Shown here: in pieces, positions 49,730-62,033 of the stretch
How the letters are laid out: every line of letters begins with the position of its first letter
Position numbering within the stretch: the first letter of the stretch is position 1
Source of the DNA: Chara braunii
Lineage: Eukaryota > Plantae > Charophyceae
Assembly (NCBI GenBank): GCA_003427395.1
Contig: BFEA01000029.1
Span: 4,066,230 to 4,128,262 of the forward strand
Direction of reading: 5' to 3'
DNA length: 62,033 nucleotides
The notes under the pieces: generated by a model
Told to the model about the DNA's origin: nothing
What the model saw: only the letters and a program-made list of their open reading frames with translations
The model's database searches: none
Program-made: the position numbers and the translations under genes

Positions 49730-52568
49730 ATGCACGACCTCGCTGTGTGCTCTCCATATTCTGAAGATGTGATTCGTGACAATATCTTCAACTTCAACAC
49801 GCCTGCTCGTAAGAGAACGAGGGAGTTTGAATTCGATATTGCTACTTGCGAGAGCAGCTCCCCTGCCGTTCAACGACCACGACCGACACTATCACCCGAA
49901 TCCGATAATTTATCTTATAAAGCTGATGACTGCGACACTGACATTTCGATATCTGATGTAGACCGCGTCTTATGGGTGCCCAGGGATTCACTCCGGGATC
50001 CTGAACATGATTTTTTTCACCATTATGTCGACTTTCGACTTGCCAGAGAAAATTTGACCTCAATTGAGGAGACGGAAGAGGATGGGCGCTCGAGTGCTTC
50101 AATTCCTTCTAGTGTCGATAGTTCTCTTGATAAAAACAATCATCCATGCAATGATGATGTCAGCAACTTTGACAATTGTCAGCGAAATCATGACGACACT
50201 CATGATGTCGTTTCAGATCTTGATGACATGTTTCCACAAAGATTGTTATCAGAAAAGCGTCCTTATACTTATCGAAGGAGAATTTTGAGATCAAACAATG
50301 CTTTAGAGTCCATTCATCGGAAGTTGACCAGAAAAGCGTTGGCAAGCGTTCATGGGAAAGATTGTTGTAGACGGGAGTGTTGTGCATACATGACCTTAGA
50401 TGACATCAAAGTTGTCCGAAGTGCATATTACTCCAAGGACCACAAAAGCAGAGATGCGTGGTGGATTGAAACTCTGAAATGGTTTACATTTGTCAAATAC
50501 GGCAAGGAGATTGTGCAACCAATTGTGGGAAAAAGAAAGGTGTGCATTAGTGCATGGTGCTACACGTTAGGTGTATGTAGAAATACATTTATAAACAAAC
50601 GGATGACCTTGTCAAAAGGTCATGTCATGCCAGAGCATGGCAGCACTGGACTCAGACGCACATCTGCTATGTATGCAACAATGTATGGTAAACTTAAGTC
50701 ATTTATACGTGACAACGGAGATTCCATGCCCAACGAGTTGAAGACAAGAAATGAAAAATCGAGGGTAGTTTTGAGATTGCCCGCATGTTACAATAAGGTC
50801 GACGTTTACAAGTTGTTGAAGAAGCAATTTGACAACATGGAGGTTTCAACTGTTTCTCTCCAGGTGTTTTACAACATGTGGAGAAGACACTTTTGGCATG
50901 CAAAATTTCATGATATTGATCAAAATTTCGCGAAATGTGAGAAGTGCGTGGAATATAAAGAGTCCATCAATTCTGCTAAATACCCAGGAGTGCGTGACCA
51001 TTTCATTTCTTTGCGTGACAAGCATTTGGACCTTCAGCTCCAGCATCGGGCGACTTACGAGGGTGGAAGGATGAATCGAAAAGGCTGGCTTCAAACAGTT
51101 TGTGCATCATCATTGATGGCATGGACCAAAGTAAGACCAGTATTCCACATTTCGGTGGGGAAAACATGTCAAAAACATTTGCGAATGTCCCAATGTTGAA
51201 GACGAACTTGACGGCCATCATCACACACGGACGTTCACCGTCTGTCCATGTTCACACATGGTTTCCTTGTTACCCACATGACTCGAATGTTGTTGTTTCG
51301 TCCATCATGAAGGTTTTTCGCGATGTTCATGCGTCAAGCGGCTTGCCTCCAACCCTCAGGATACAAGTGGATAATTGTTGGAGAGAGAACAAGAATAGAT
51401 ATGTGTTAGCATTAGCCACAGCTTTGGTGAAATTCGGTTTCTTCAAAGAGGTTGAGTTTGGATTCATGCTAGTACGGCACACACACACAAATGTTGATGT
51501 CACTTTTAGTCACTTTTTCCACAAGTTGAAAATTCATGATGCATATACTATGGCTGATCTTTTTAACATCATTGTTCGCTCGCAAACTGATCGCTCGTCA
51601 TGCACATTCATGAACGAAATTGCGGATTGGAGAAGTGTTGTGAAACCATTTTTAGTGAAGAGGCTGACAGGTCGCACTCGACAACATGCGTTTAGATTTT
51701 TTATGGAAGGTGATAACCCTGTGTTCCAGTGGAAGGAGTATTGTACGAGTTCAGAGTGGTCTTCGCCAATTTACTCTTTTAAGAGAGACGCGGACAAGAG
51801 ATATGCAGGATCATAATGGCCAATTCTGCCAAAGTCTGTCACACCTGATCCAAATCATAGCGATTTTGTTTCAGGTGTGGAAGGAGTGAAGACATTTGTT
51901 GATTGGTTAGAGAACAAACAACACGAATGGGTCGGAATGAAGGATGAGATCAACTTTTCGAAGGAAAGTGCGTTGTCATACTGGAAAGGGTTTATAGAAA
52001 CAATTGAAGATCAATTTGGGTCTGAATCTCGAAGGTCGTCGCTCCAAGCTGGCTTCTGGCCGTCATTGGAAGGAATCGTGAAGAACGATTCACAAGATAT
52101 TGATATTGTTTTCCTCATGAAAAATGACGAGAACAAAGAGCCGCTTTCGTAGGACCCGGTAATGAGTGTTCCAAACCAGAGTTAAATCCGTTGACAGACA
52201 TCGAAAAGGGTCAATTTGTTCTCTTACATCCTTCACAAGATGATATTGACGAAGGTGTTCCTGTGTGGATGGGAAGAGTTATTTTCGATGTTGACACCAA
52301 CGTCAAATCACCGACTTTCAACCACGTCCTCATTGAATATTGGGTGCCACAACCAGTCGTGAAATCTACCACTGTGCAATATACTAATGCGTGGAAGAAG
52401 ACATGGAAGAAGGACAAAACGTCACTTGAGCAATGGCAGCATGCAGACTGTACTTTGTGGAGGTGGACTTCGAAAAATTCCCGTTTGGAGAACGGGCTGC
52501 ACATTCCTAAATTAGCCAGAGAAAAGGCTATGGTATGCCTTGCTCTTCCTGATGATGAAGAACCTTAG
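49730..52568 (+). pseudogene. Sola-like DDE transposase (frameshifted and with stops)
   Basis: CCRRECC..VCISAW..CEKC (49730-51199); IIIDGMDQSK..LRIQVDNCWRENKN..FMLVRHTHTNVDVTFS (51100-51816); further pieces at 51877-52152 and 52191-52568. The DNC..NKN / HT..D pattern and the 4-bp TSD fit the Sola group; the exact family is uncertain. Confidence 0.8.
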
Positions 52569-52642
52569 CGCTCTTGGTGTCGAAGAACTTTAGCCTAAAA
52601 TTTCTCTCATTCCGATATTGTTTGATTTTGCTGTTTTGCAGA

Positions 52643-53161
52643 ATGGTCCAACCATTTGTGACCACAGGATGGCCGCCCAATAACATCGTATGGGGAAGAA
52701 ACATGTGGTGTGAGATGGGGGCAATTTTTTTCACTTCCGAAATTGTTTTTCAGGATTCAATACTCAGTGTCCAAGGTGTGGACGTCGAGCCACATAATTG
52801 GGAACATTGTCCCCGACAGTCTCTCTACATTTGTGGTCGAAGGTGCTGCGGGTCGGGAATGTACCCACGAGAGGTGCTCGCGCCATTCTCACAGATGTAT
52901 TATTGTGCCGTGAAAGTCTACATCAATAATTCGAGCGTCATGACATTGTTTTCTGCGGCGGCATGCATCCAAGGACATTGCAAGGTGTCATTCCTTATTC
53001 ATAACGACTATTTTGCAAATGCAAGCACGTCCAATGCTGATGTGCGATGGCTAGCAGAATTTCGGAGGGCGATTAGAGAACAACCGATGTTGAAAATATT
53101 AGTAGACGACCTTGTTGACACGACAATCATGTATGTGCGATGCGGGAATATGAGACCATAG
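52643..53161 (+). CDS. Orphan ORF or exon downstream of the transposase, unknown function
   Basis: Open frame of ~170 codons, preceded by an acceptor-like TTTTGCAG. Confidence 0.35.
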   Translation: MVQPFVTTGWPPNNIVWGRNMWCEMGAIFFTSEIVFQDSILSVQGVDVEPHNWEHCPRQSLYICGRRCCGSGMYPREVLAPFSQMYYCAVKVYINNSSVMTLFSAAACIQGHCKVSFLIHNDYFANASTSNADVRWLAEFRRAIREQPMLKILVDDLVDTTIMYVRCGNMRP

Positions 53162-54033
53162 AAGCGCATGTAGAATACGGGGATCCCGCACATCATGGAC
53201 AAAATGATACCACTGTTTTAGAAAACTGGACAATTTACAATAGACGATAGTTAACTTATTGACAATACTGCAATCGGAGTTACTTAATATAGGTCCTGGA
53301 GTTCTATCAGTCCAGATACCAAACAAGAGTTGTTTTAAATTGAGCAGTCTGGTTGTTTTTTAAGATACGACGCTTTAAGATGTACGGGGGCCCTTTAGCA
53401 CATCATGGGCAAAATTTTATCACTATTTTGGAAGACTGGACAATTTACAATCATGACACTTGAAGTTAACTAAGTCGAAAGTCTGATCATCAGGGCAAAA
53501 GACTCGAATATTTTACAGCAAGTAGGGGTGCTGCCTGTCAGGGGGCCTCGCCCTGTTTTTTTGCTTAATATGCAATCTGGTTGTTTGATTTGCCCCGAAT
53601 CTTTTACAGCAAGTAGGGGTGTTGTCTGTCAGGGGGCCTCGCCAAGGTTTTTTGTTTAATATTCATTGAGTCTCTGCTTCTTTGAAATTCTTAAGTGGCA
53701 AACTTGGTGATGTAAGGGGCGGAGGCCCCTTTGCAAGGCATATGACGGTGACCCTTTGCCCATCAGATAATGATTCAGAACCTTTCAAACACAGATTTTG
53801 TTCAGTAAGAAGTTTTCTGTGTAGTAAGAAGTTTTCCTTTGTTAACATCATGGAGTGTTTGTTTTTTAAATGTTTTGAAGTTCGCTTTGGCGGTCGTTAT
53901 TATATTTTTTATATATCAAAATTCTTCTCGGACCCTCTCATAAATGTCATTGACGTCTGTTTTGTCCGGTGTCGGATTCATTTTGGTATGTTCACTTTTT
54001 GTAAAACATTTCATTTTTAACGAAAACATCGTT

Positions 54034-54951
54034 TGCGGCTCTGACGACAATGGGGCGCATCGATCTAATCAATGATTCGATCTTAGCATTGTGCTCGCGT
54101 TGTTCCTTCTTACTTTTTTGCATTAGGCTAACCAGTGTTCAAGTTAGTTCTAGTATCGCATTTGATTCGATGGGCCTTGCAGGGGCTTCTGGGGGAGGCG
54201 GAGGCAGGGCCATAACCGGTAATCCCGAGGTTCTCTCAGGTACCGATCTCATAGCGGCGACCTGTTCTAGGTAAGTGACTGGACCGGAGACGAAACCCAT
54301 ATTTTTAAATTCGTTCTGGAGTGCGGCCAGCTCAGCTTTCGCTCTGGCCAGTTCTGACGAGTCTCCATCTTTTGCGTAATCCTCGCTTTCTAGAAAACTA
54401 GCGGTGAATTTCCATTCCATTTCTTCCGCCCCATCCATAATTCGTTGCATCGTATGGTTGATGGGAGAAAATTGCTTCCATAACTTCACCCTCATCGCCC
54501 GACTACGAAGCCCATCGATGAATAAGTCCCTCCCAACCTTCTCGTCCCTCTCAGATTTGACAAACAGTCTATAGAACCTACTACGATATTCTGTGACATA
54601 TTCGAGAGGTTTCTGAACTCGGTGTTTGATCATAAAGAAAGCTTGTTCCGGGTGGATATCATCGAACCTGTTCAGGAAGTCTCATTAAAAGGTCGAAAGA
54701 TCTATCCAGGCGTAAGTGCTAAATCAGTGATGCTCATCCCCTCCCAGGTGGGCGGGTATGTTGATCTGAGCTTCGTCGTTATCATATTGTTGAGCGCGTA
54801 AGGTAGCTAACCAAGCTCCAACCAGATGGTGTGTCGGGTCGAAGAGATACAAATGAGGTGGAGCTGTGGGTGCGCGAGCTCGGATGGGTTGCGCGGAGAC
54901 AAGGGCCCCGTCTAACTATACATTGACGTTTTGTGCCTGATTGGCGTTCAT
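54034..54951 (-). pseudogene. gag N-terminal part (retrotransposon gag domain)
   Basis: YVTEYRSRFYRL..RDLFIDGLRS (54139-54633), just downstream of the PBS; contains stops. Confidence 0.85.
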
Positions 54952-55095
54952 GTTGGCGGCGGGTCGTCCGACCGATCGATTTCTAAATACTCTAGGATCA
55001 CATTCGGCGCGTTCCGCTGTCTAGTCCGCCCTCTGTTTGCCAGATCGCTCCGCGCGGATTACCCTTTTTGTTAATCCGGAAGTCTGCCACGTGTC

Positions 55096-55108
55096 GGCTC
55101 CGATACCA
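55096..55108 (-). promoter_or_regulatory. Primer-binding site complementary to tRNA-iMet
   Basis: TGGTATCGGAGCC on the minus strand (canonical TGGTATCAGAGCC), abutting or overlapping the LTR end by 1 nt. Confidence 0.9.
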
Positions 55109-57689
55109 ACCTCACGCCCAGCACGACTTCCTGATCGGAGTAGGATGGGGGTCTGGAAGTGCGAAAAGGGGGTGTGCCAAGGATCTTAGGAAAGTGGGGG
55201 TGGAGTCCCTGGTCGGAATTGAGATCTCCTGTGGCGGGTTTTAGGGACAATGGTGCAAAAAGGGGCGCACGGATCATATCCGGTGATTCGGTCTTTGGGG
55301 ATGGGGCTATGGCCTCGGCCAGTTGCGTCGCCGTGGTTGGTCCCTTGTTTGGTGGATTGGTGGGACACCGTGGCTGTCGCACTGCTGTCAGCGCCCCTCG
55401 TAACAAGCTTCGGAGTCCGACGGGGCGGTTCGTAGGCGGAGGTTGTGCAATCGCTGCTCAGCTTCGGTTCGAGTTCGTCGGGTATATCCCGAGGTCCAGC
55501 GTGCTTGGTATTGCTGGCAGTCCTCGCATGATGGGTTGGGCCAATAGCGAGCTATGAAATTCCACGGTACCACTGTGAGCTGGTGATAGGGAAGGAGGAG
55601 ATGGAAGGGTGGGAAGTTGGTGGTAATAACGACGAAACCTGGTGATATGTAGTATTGAGCATTATCCGTATCTGGGTAGTCTAGGCCCCTAGGGTCACGG
55701 GTTATAGCCCAGTGGAAATCCCCTGCGCACAAACGGTCGTTCTCTGTAAGGCTAATGAATGCGATTTCCCGCATCCTTACGATAAATTTCCCCGTCGTCT
55801 GAGTTGTTCGCCTTCCTGGTACTCGCGCTACTCCGAATCCTTCANNNNNNNNNNNNNNNNNNNNNNNNNNNNNNNNNNNNNNNNNNNNNNNNNNNNNNNN
55901 NNNNNNNNNNNNNNNNNNNNNNNNNNNNNNNNNNNNNNNAATCCTTCAAGTTTTCACAATCGGTGATCCAAAAGGGACTTCCTTCGGCCATATCTGGCTA
56001 ATGAATGCGATTTCCCGCATCCTTACGATAAATTCGAGGTCAGCTCATGCAGACTCGCGCGTATGCTGCGACTCAGTTTCCTCGAGCTCACGGTTGTACG
56101 CGCGCGTGCGCATGAGCGAAAGCGGATCGATCCGGCATCCGTCCCGAATGCAACTATCCTACTTGTGCTATGTTGGGTGAGATCCAGACTTCACATTCAC
56201 ATTCATGTCATTCATGCGATAAAAGCAGGGAAGGGAAAGGACGATCAACACCTCACAACATTCCTGGCGATCTGACGACGATCAGAGACTAACGATTGAA
56301 TCTAACATCCATATTGGGTCCTTTCCGTTAGATCTGAGAGAATTGTTCATATAGAGGGATAAGTAACGGGATTTGAATTAGACAAGTATTGCCAAAACAA
56401 GATTGGAAATCCGAGAAGATCACTAACGCAAAAAAAATTCACATCCATTCATATATGCATACAAGGCAGAGGCAACAAAGGAAACTCGAGACGATTTACA
56501 AGGAAATACCCAAAAAGGCTGCAACAAAAATCGACCACAGTGGGAGGCAAAATTGTACAGACAAGCAGAAGAAAGAACCTCATCCCGCACCCACAACTGC
56601 CCTCTCTCTCTCTCTCTCTCTCCCTTTCTCTCTCTCTCTCCCTTTCTCTCTCTCTGCTCTACACCCCCGATAACGGCAGTCCGTCGCCGCGTATCAACAC
56701 AGAGTTGTCACCCCGCTTGGCTCGAGCATGCAAGTCAGGTTCGCCCGTGCGCCATAATCTGTCGCGGCCCCGCATGTCAACCCCGCATACCCGACACCAG
56801 CTCGTCGTATCGCCCAACTCTCGCACGCACTTACCTTCCAAACTTGCTCGTCAGTCGACCCTCACTGATCGCGCTAACCTCGAAATCCTTAAAGAGCACA
56901 CTAATCGCGCTTGCGGATTAGTGTGCACGCTTGCGTGAAGAATACGGGATTAAACCCAAGTGGTGAGAGGAAGTGCCTACGTTTGCATGTCTGGGCCACG
57001 GCGCTGGGGACAGAGCCACTCTCCACGCATCGATTCGGGCATCCAGGCATAGGAACCAATCAGTTCGGGGAAGAAGGTGTGCATGTGCTGGCGAGCACAA
57101 GGTGGGAAGAGGGAAGAACACGAAGGACGTCAAGAACAAGAAGATTACAGTTGCAATCACACCCACCAAAGTTTTTACAGTTACGTGCAAGATTAAGGCG
57201 CAAAAAGAAGTCAGAACCCAGATCTTGTCGCGCCAAGGCGTGCGTAAGCAGGAAGCGCCACGCAGCAAAATTCAGAGGGTGCCAAAGTTCCTAGCTTAAG
57301 TCCTAGTTGCAAAGGAAAATTCCGAATAGAAAAACAATTCCGAGAGCCCGTGGGGGCTCGACATCAGTTGAAATTTGAAAAAAAAACGACATGCCCGCGC
57401 GCTGATCGCGCCAAAATTCCCAGTGCTCCCAGTATAACAAGAAAGAAGCTATGGTTCAGTTATTTCTTGCGCTCGCTAAGGCGCGGTTACCCATTCATTG
57501 GCACGGGATGTTCCCGACACCGGTCCGACAACTTCCAACAGGAAACAAAAAAGAAACGAGGGCATCCTTGCAATTTGCCTGACCAGCCCGTCTTCCCACA
57601 GCTCACCCCCTTCGACCCGTCGTTTTTCCCAAGCAGCTTCAAGTTCGTGTAGAAAGTCGCGCGATTACAGAAAATAGTTCGTCACATAT
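55108..57689 (-). repeat. 5' LTR of the large gypsy element (contains N-gap 55845-55939)
   Basis: Direct repeat of 14701-17142; followed by PBS and gag. Confidence 0.93.
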
Positions 57690-58292
57690 GCCTCTAGCTG
57701 CCCTGGCCTAGAGCCGGGGCTATGTGGCTATTTTGCCTGTTCGGCCTGTAGGACCAGGCCGTGGCCTGACCCCACAGGTCGTGTGCTCATTCAGTCCAGT
57801 CCAGTCCTGCCCGGTACCACTGTCGGTACTAGGCCAGTCCAGTTCAGTCCAGTCAGTCCGCTGGGGGTATACCCCGGCTGCAGTATGTTTCCAGCCTCAT
57901 TCTTCACTTGCACAGTTTGGAGCACGTGCGTGTTGAGTCTGCATTGGAGTTGTGCTGTCCCTTCCAGCTGCATCTCCATCTCCCCCATCCTCATCCCTTC
58001 ATCTTGATCTTGACGGTCTGCCATCCTGGCTGGTCCGTCACACACAGGCCATGTGTTCATTCAGTCCAGTCCAGTCCCGCCCGGTACCACTGTCGGTACC
58101 AGGCCAGGCCAGTCCTTCTCCTGGGGGTATACCCCAGCTGCAGTCTGTTTTTCCTCATTCTTCATTTTGGAGTACGCTCGTGTTGAGTCTGCGTCCGCGT
58201 TGCGCTGTCCCCTTCAGCTCCATCTCCATCTCCTCCTTCCTCACCTCTTCGTCTTACTCCTGACGGACCACCATCCCGACGGGTCCGTCACA
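57690..58292. repeat. Remainder of the family-C LTR-like repeat with an internal ~250-nt tandem duplication; its first 10 nt (TGTGACGCCC) lie at 14691-14700
   Basis: Matches 10042-10400; two units end in CCGTCACA at 58042 and 58292. Confidence 0.7.
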
Positions 58293-59437
58293 AGGCCTGA
58301 CCCTAAGTTTTGGATTCTTGTTCAGTCCTTGTCCACTGGTGTTTTGTGCAAGAGGTGAATAGCGGTGAATAATCCAAAAGAGATATCACTCAAGGGTACT
58401 TTCTGTAGGCTCTTAAGCATGGCTAATGCTGAGCCAACAAAGTGGTCAAAACAGAAAGATTATGTCCAAGTGAGGGACAACAGAGGAAGATGTGAAAACA
58501 AAGAGCTGGGCTCAATGCAAGGAGAGGGGAAAATTAAGACCTCTATATTCAATGAAACTGGTGACAATAATACATGTACAAGGAAAGATCAAAGGCTGAG
58601 CTGAGAGATGACGGCAAGGACTCGGATCAAGACACAGATCATATCGTGGCTCTCCACAAGCACACCTTCCCTAATCCCTTAGAGGAAGAATCAGATCTCT
58701 GCTAACAGTTGATGGTTTTGTGAAAGACCCAGTGATGTCAAGTGCTGAATGGTACCCACAAGAAGCTCTTCATAAACAGGTCATGAGTTCTAATCCTGAA
58801 CAATGAAAGAGGACTTGCCTCGATGATATCGACAGGATTTGAGTGGGAAGTGATCTTTGTTTTTTTTTTTTTACTTGCGTGATAAACAGCTCATCAGCTC
58901 AAATCCTGACTGGTGCAAGAGCCCCTCCCCACCTCTTTCTACCCCTCCAAGTTGTCCTATCTCTGTGCCATGAAGTAGTTGGGATGGGCCTCCGCTTGCA
59001 CCATGAGAAAAGAAAGAAAAGACAAGAAGGGGAAAGTACAGAAACAGCCAGCTCAGGTTTGCCAAATGCAAAACTAGCCTGTCAGAATGTACCTGGATGT
59101 GCAGATGCACAAATGCATCATCTGCACCTGTATGTGCAGAGCCCCACGTGCATTCTGAGTGTGCTATTTCTGTCCTTTCGAACATAAAGGATCTATTCCT
59201 GTCTTACATCTAAAACAGGAGTGGAGATCACGAACCCCTCCATATCTTCTGGGTTGCAGCCTAAAATAGCCAAATCAACAAATCCGAAGTTGCTGTACAG
59301 AAACAGCCCGCGCAGATCTGGAAATGCAGAACCTTTCCTGGCATAGTGCACTTGGATGTGAAGATGGCCACGTACCTGATCTGCACCCCGATGCGTAGAT
59401 CTGGAACTGCATTCTGACTAGGCTAGTACTGTCCTTC

Positions 59438-59439
59438 AC

Positions 59440-59533
<94 letters not shown>
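59438..59533. repeat. (CA)n microsatellite
   Basis: Directly visible. Confidence 0.97.
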
Positions 59534-59534
<1 letters not shown>

Positions 59535-61619
59535 TTTTGCTCTTTAACCCATCAAAACAAAACGGTTTGTGCTCCTCCGACCACATTCAATTTGGCATGT
59601 TATCACGTTAAACCTTTTTCTTTTCTTTCTTATCTTGTTCCAGGGAAAGCGAGTTGCCGGGGCCATGCCCTGTGTGTTTGCAGTTGGACAAAAGGTAGAG
59701 ACTTTTTGAGCTTCCAAGGTTTCCTTTCTTTTCCATTTTTTCAAAAATTTTAATATTTTATATTCATTTTTGCACAATTGGTATTCAAACGGGGACAGTG
59801 AAGAGACTTGTTATCTTGACCCTCAAATGCCGATAGTGCTAGTAAAGGGTGTTGTTGAGTCCCTGCCATCAGTACAAACTGTAAATAGTAATGGATAGTA
59901 GATGAAATGGGGTTCCGGAATGGCTACGCGATGCTCCAAGAGCCAGATTGACAGTTTTGCCCCACTGGCTCTGGCCACTTCGCATTTGTCTGTTCATTGG
60001 TTTTCAGCAGCAGAGACTGGGACATCTGGGGAGGAGAGGAGAGGAGGAGAGGAGGAGAGGAGGAGAGAAGGAGAGAAGGAGAGAAGGAGAAGGAGGGGAG
60101 GAGGGGAGGAGGGGAAGAAAGGAGGAGGAAAGAAGGAGGAACGGAGGAGGAAAGGACAGTGTGTGTGGGACCACAATTGGGACAGCCCACCTGAGGCATT
60201 TACAGACTGGCAGACTGGCAGTGCGCATGACTTGCTGTTGCCGGAAAGGTGGTCGCAAGCCAAACACATTGTGCAATGATGACAATGATGATGATTATCA
60301 TCATGAGGACGGGGAGGAGGAGGCGGTAATGCACAGCAGAATGTCTGAGGAGCAAGCAGATGAGAACAAAATTAGAATCCGGGGCCCTAAGGTTTATTTT
60401 TAGTGCACCTGGATAAGTTGGGGTCTGACAGAAAGAAAATAGAGGGTGAGGTTGACCAGCGGTCAGTGTCAGAGGCATTGCCATGTGTCGTTCCACTGAT
60501 CTAATAGTATGCCTTCCTTGTACTGCTTACACTGTCAGCACTGTTCAGCCCTGACAACCAAACTAGTCTGTCCTTCCTCCGCACCCCCCCTGCCCGCGCC
60601 CACCTAGCGGCTACTAACGCCGGATAGCCTGATAGGTACATGCAAATCAATTCACCATCCACACATTCAAACTGAACCCCCACCACAACAGCCCCCCTTC
60701 CTCACCCCTCTCCCAATTATGTCAGTGGGGATGGAATACTTGGTTTAAGAATTCGAGTGAATATTTCCTTCCAGTGCAGAGAGGAGAAGAACTGGAAGTG
60801 ACACTTCCCATGGCATGCACAGTTCATTCATCATCCGCCAGATCTGAGAATAAATGTATTCTCCAATTTTGTTCAATCTTTGTCCTGGCTGTCTGCCCCC
60901 CTGGCCCCCCGCCTCCCAGCCTGCACTGCCTGCCTGTGGTGCAGGCATCCGGTACAACAGATTGAGTGAGTTCTGGAAGTGGAAGGGTTTTGAGGTGGGG
61001 AGAAGCGATGGGTGTGTAGGGGATTGTAAGGTGAGGGGATAGGTAAGCAGAGAGGGAGGAGGGAGGAGGGAGGAGGGAGAGGGGAGGAGGGGGGAGGGAG
61101 GAGAGTTGTTTTTGGTACTTGTTTGGGCACAGATGCAATGCACCTAGTCTGAGAGGGAAACCCCAACTCTGAGGCTGGGACAGCCCCTTCCCCCAACAAG
61201 GAAACCCAGGTATGATGACTGTACCTGAGTAGAAAAGTAAGATTTTGCCTGACAAGAGATCCTGGACCTGACTGAAAACTGTTCTAGGTGTATTTATAGC
61301 GCGTATTAGCATGTGTCTTGTTTGAGAGAAGACCCGTGTAGGGACACACCAGGGGCTGTGTCAATTCTCAATCTCTCTGTCAGTGTGTGAGATAGGGTCA
61401 GGCCCCACTTGTGGAATTGTGTGCTAATCTAGCATGAACATGGCCCGAAAACAGACCAGGTACAGACAAGGTGCATGGAAAGTTACCACATTGCTTTATA
61501 AATAGACGACCATGATAAGCTCAGGTTCTCATGGGCTATTATGTACTTCTGATAGATAATGGAATTATAGGGAAATGAATAAATGGACAAACCGATGGAT
61601 AATACACATACATGCACAT

Positions 61620-61820
61620 ACAGATAGATAGAGAGATAATATATATATGTTTGTGACGATATATATATATATATATATCGTCATATATATATATATATCG
61701 TCAAATAGAACTGCCCGGTAAACCGTAGGTATATATATATATTTGACGATATTATCGATATATATATGAATATAAAAATATAATATAATATTATTCATAT
61801 ATATATAATAATACATATAT

Positions 61821-61907
<87 letters not shown>
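61620..61907. repeat. (AT)-rich tract plus (GA)n microsatellite
   Basis: Directly visible; other purine-rich tracts at 60028-60150 and 61050-61105. Confidence 0.95.
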
Positions 61908-61910
<3 letters not shown>

Positions 61911-62033
61911 AAGGGCACTTGGCGCACCTAGAGTTGGCTCAAAATACTTCTGGCATGGATGTAGTTTGCGATGGGGCCCAAGTTCACCTTACGTCTGGCT
62001 GAAAAACATTCTTCAATAAGTTAAATAAGCCAA

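Larger units (their letters stand above)
24259..54033. mobile_element. Giant cargo-carrying TIR DNA transposon (Sola-like), 29.8 kb including the nested 7.75-kb element
   Basis: TIRs: AACGGTGTTTTCGTTAAAAGTGAAAT (24259) and the reverse complement AACGATGTTTTCGTTAAAAATGAAAT (ending 54033). Perfect 4-bp TSD TGCG at 24255-24258 and 54034-54037. Excision restores the gag frame. DDE transposase inside. Confidence 0.9.
14701..57689 (-). mobile_element. Full-length Ty3/gypsy LTR retrotransposon (~13 kb of its own sequence), interrupted in gag by a 29.8-kb DNA transposon
   Basis: Two ~2.5-kb direct LTRs, a tRNA-iMet PBS, and gag-PR-RT-RH-INT order on the minus strand. gag rejoins in frame (..IVVRA-A-PMMQG..) when 24259-54033 and one TGCG copy are removed. 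Confidence 0.92.

Noticed and set aside
55750-56040. Internal duplication in the 5' LTR
   Set aside because: Adjacent to an N-gap and absent from the 3' LTR; may be an assembly artefact.
59377-59434. Possible host micro-exon on the minus strand (AG|DSTSLVRMQFQIYASGCRS|GTACGT) in the non-TE right end
   Set aside because: Splice-like signals only, with no homology or transcript support.

Overview
Repeat-saturated eukaryotic DNA; its style resembles a charophyte alga such as Chara, which is inference only. No intact host gene can be supported. Left part: a decayed hAT (DUF659-type) transposon (1-6532, -), a 2.9-kb non-coding structured element A (6533-9447, +) carrying an 11-unit covarying hairpin array, and a truncated Ty3/gypsy remnant. 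The core is a four-level nest. A short TGTGAC...GTCACA LTR-like repeat is split by a 43-kb Ty3/gypsy element (2.5-kb LTRs at 14701-17142 and 55108-57689, -). Its gag is split by a 29.8-kb TIR transposon (24259-54033, perfect TGCG TSD). That transposon encodes a Sola-like DDE transposase, a Ulp1 protease, a putative ParB-like plus N4/N6-methylase-like protein and orphan ORFs, and carries dense 17-bp palindrome arrays. It is in turn split by a 7.75-kb ORF-poor element B (33012-40766, -, ~15-bp TSD) homologous to A. B carries a different hairpin array at the same position, plus a predicted Pol III cassette: tRNA-like head, LSU rRNA fragment and variant U6 snRNA. The A/B structured-RNA element family is the best candidate for an undescribed system; the ParB/MTase-like cargo with palindrome arrays is second. 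All homology calls come from motif recognition by eye, with no database searches.
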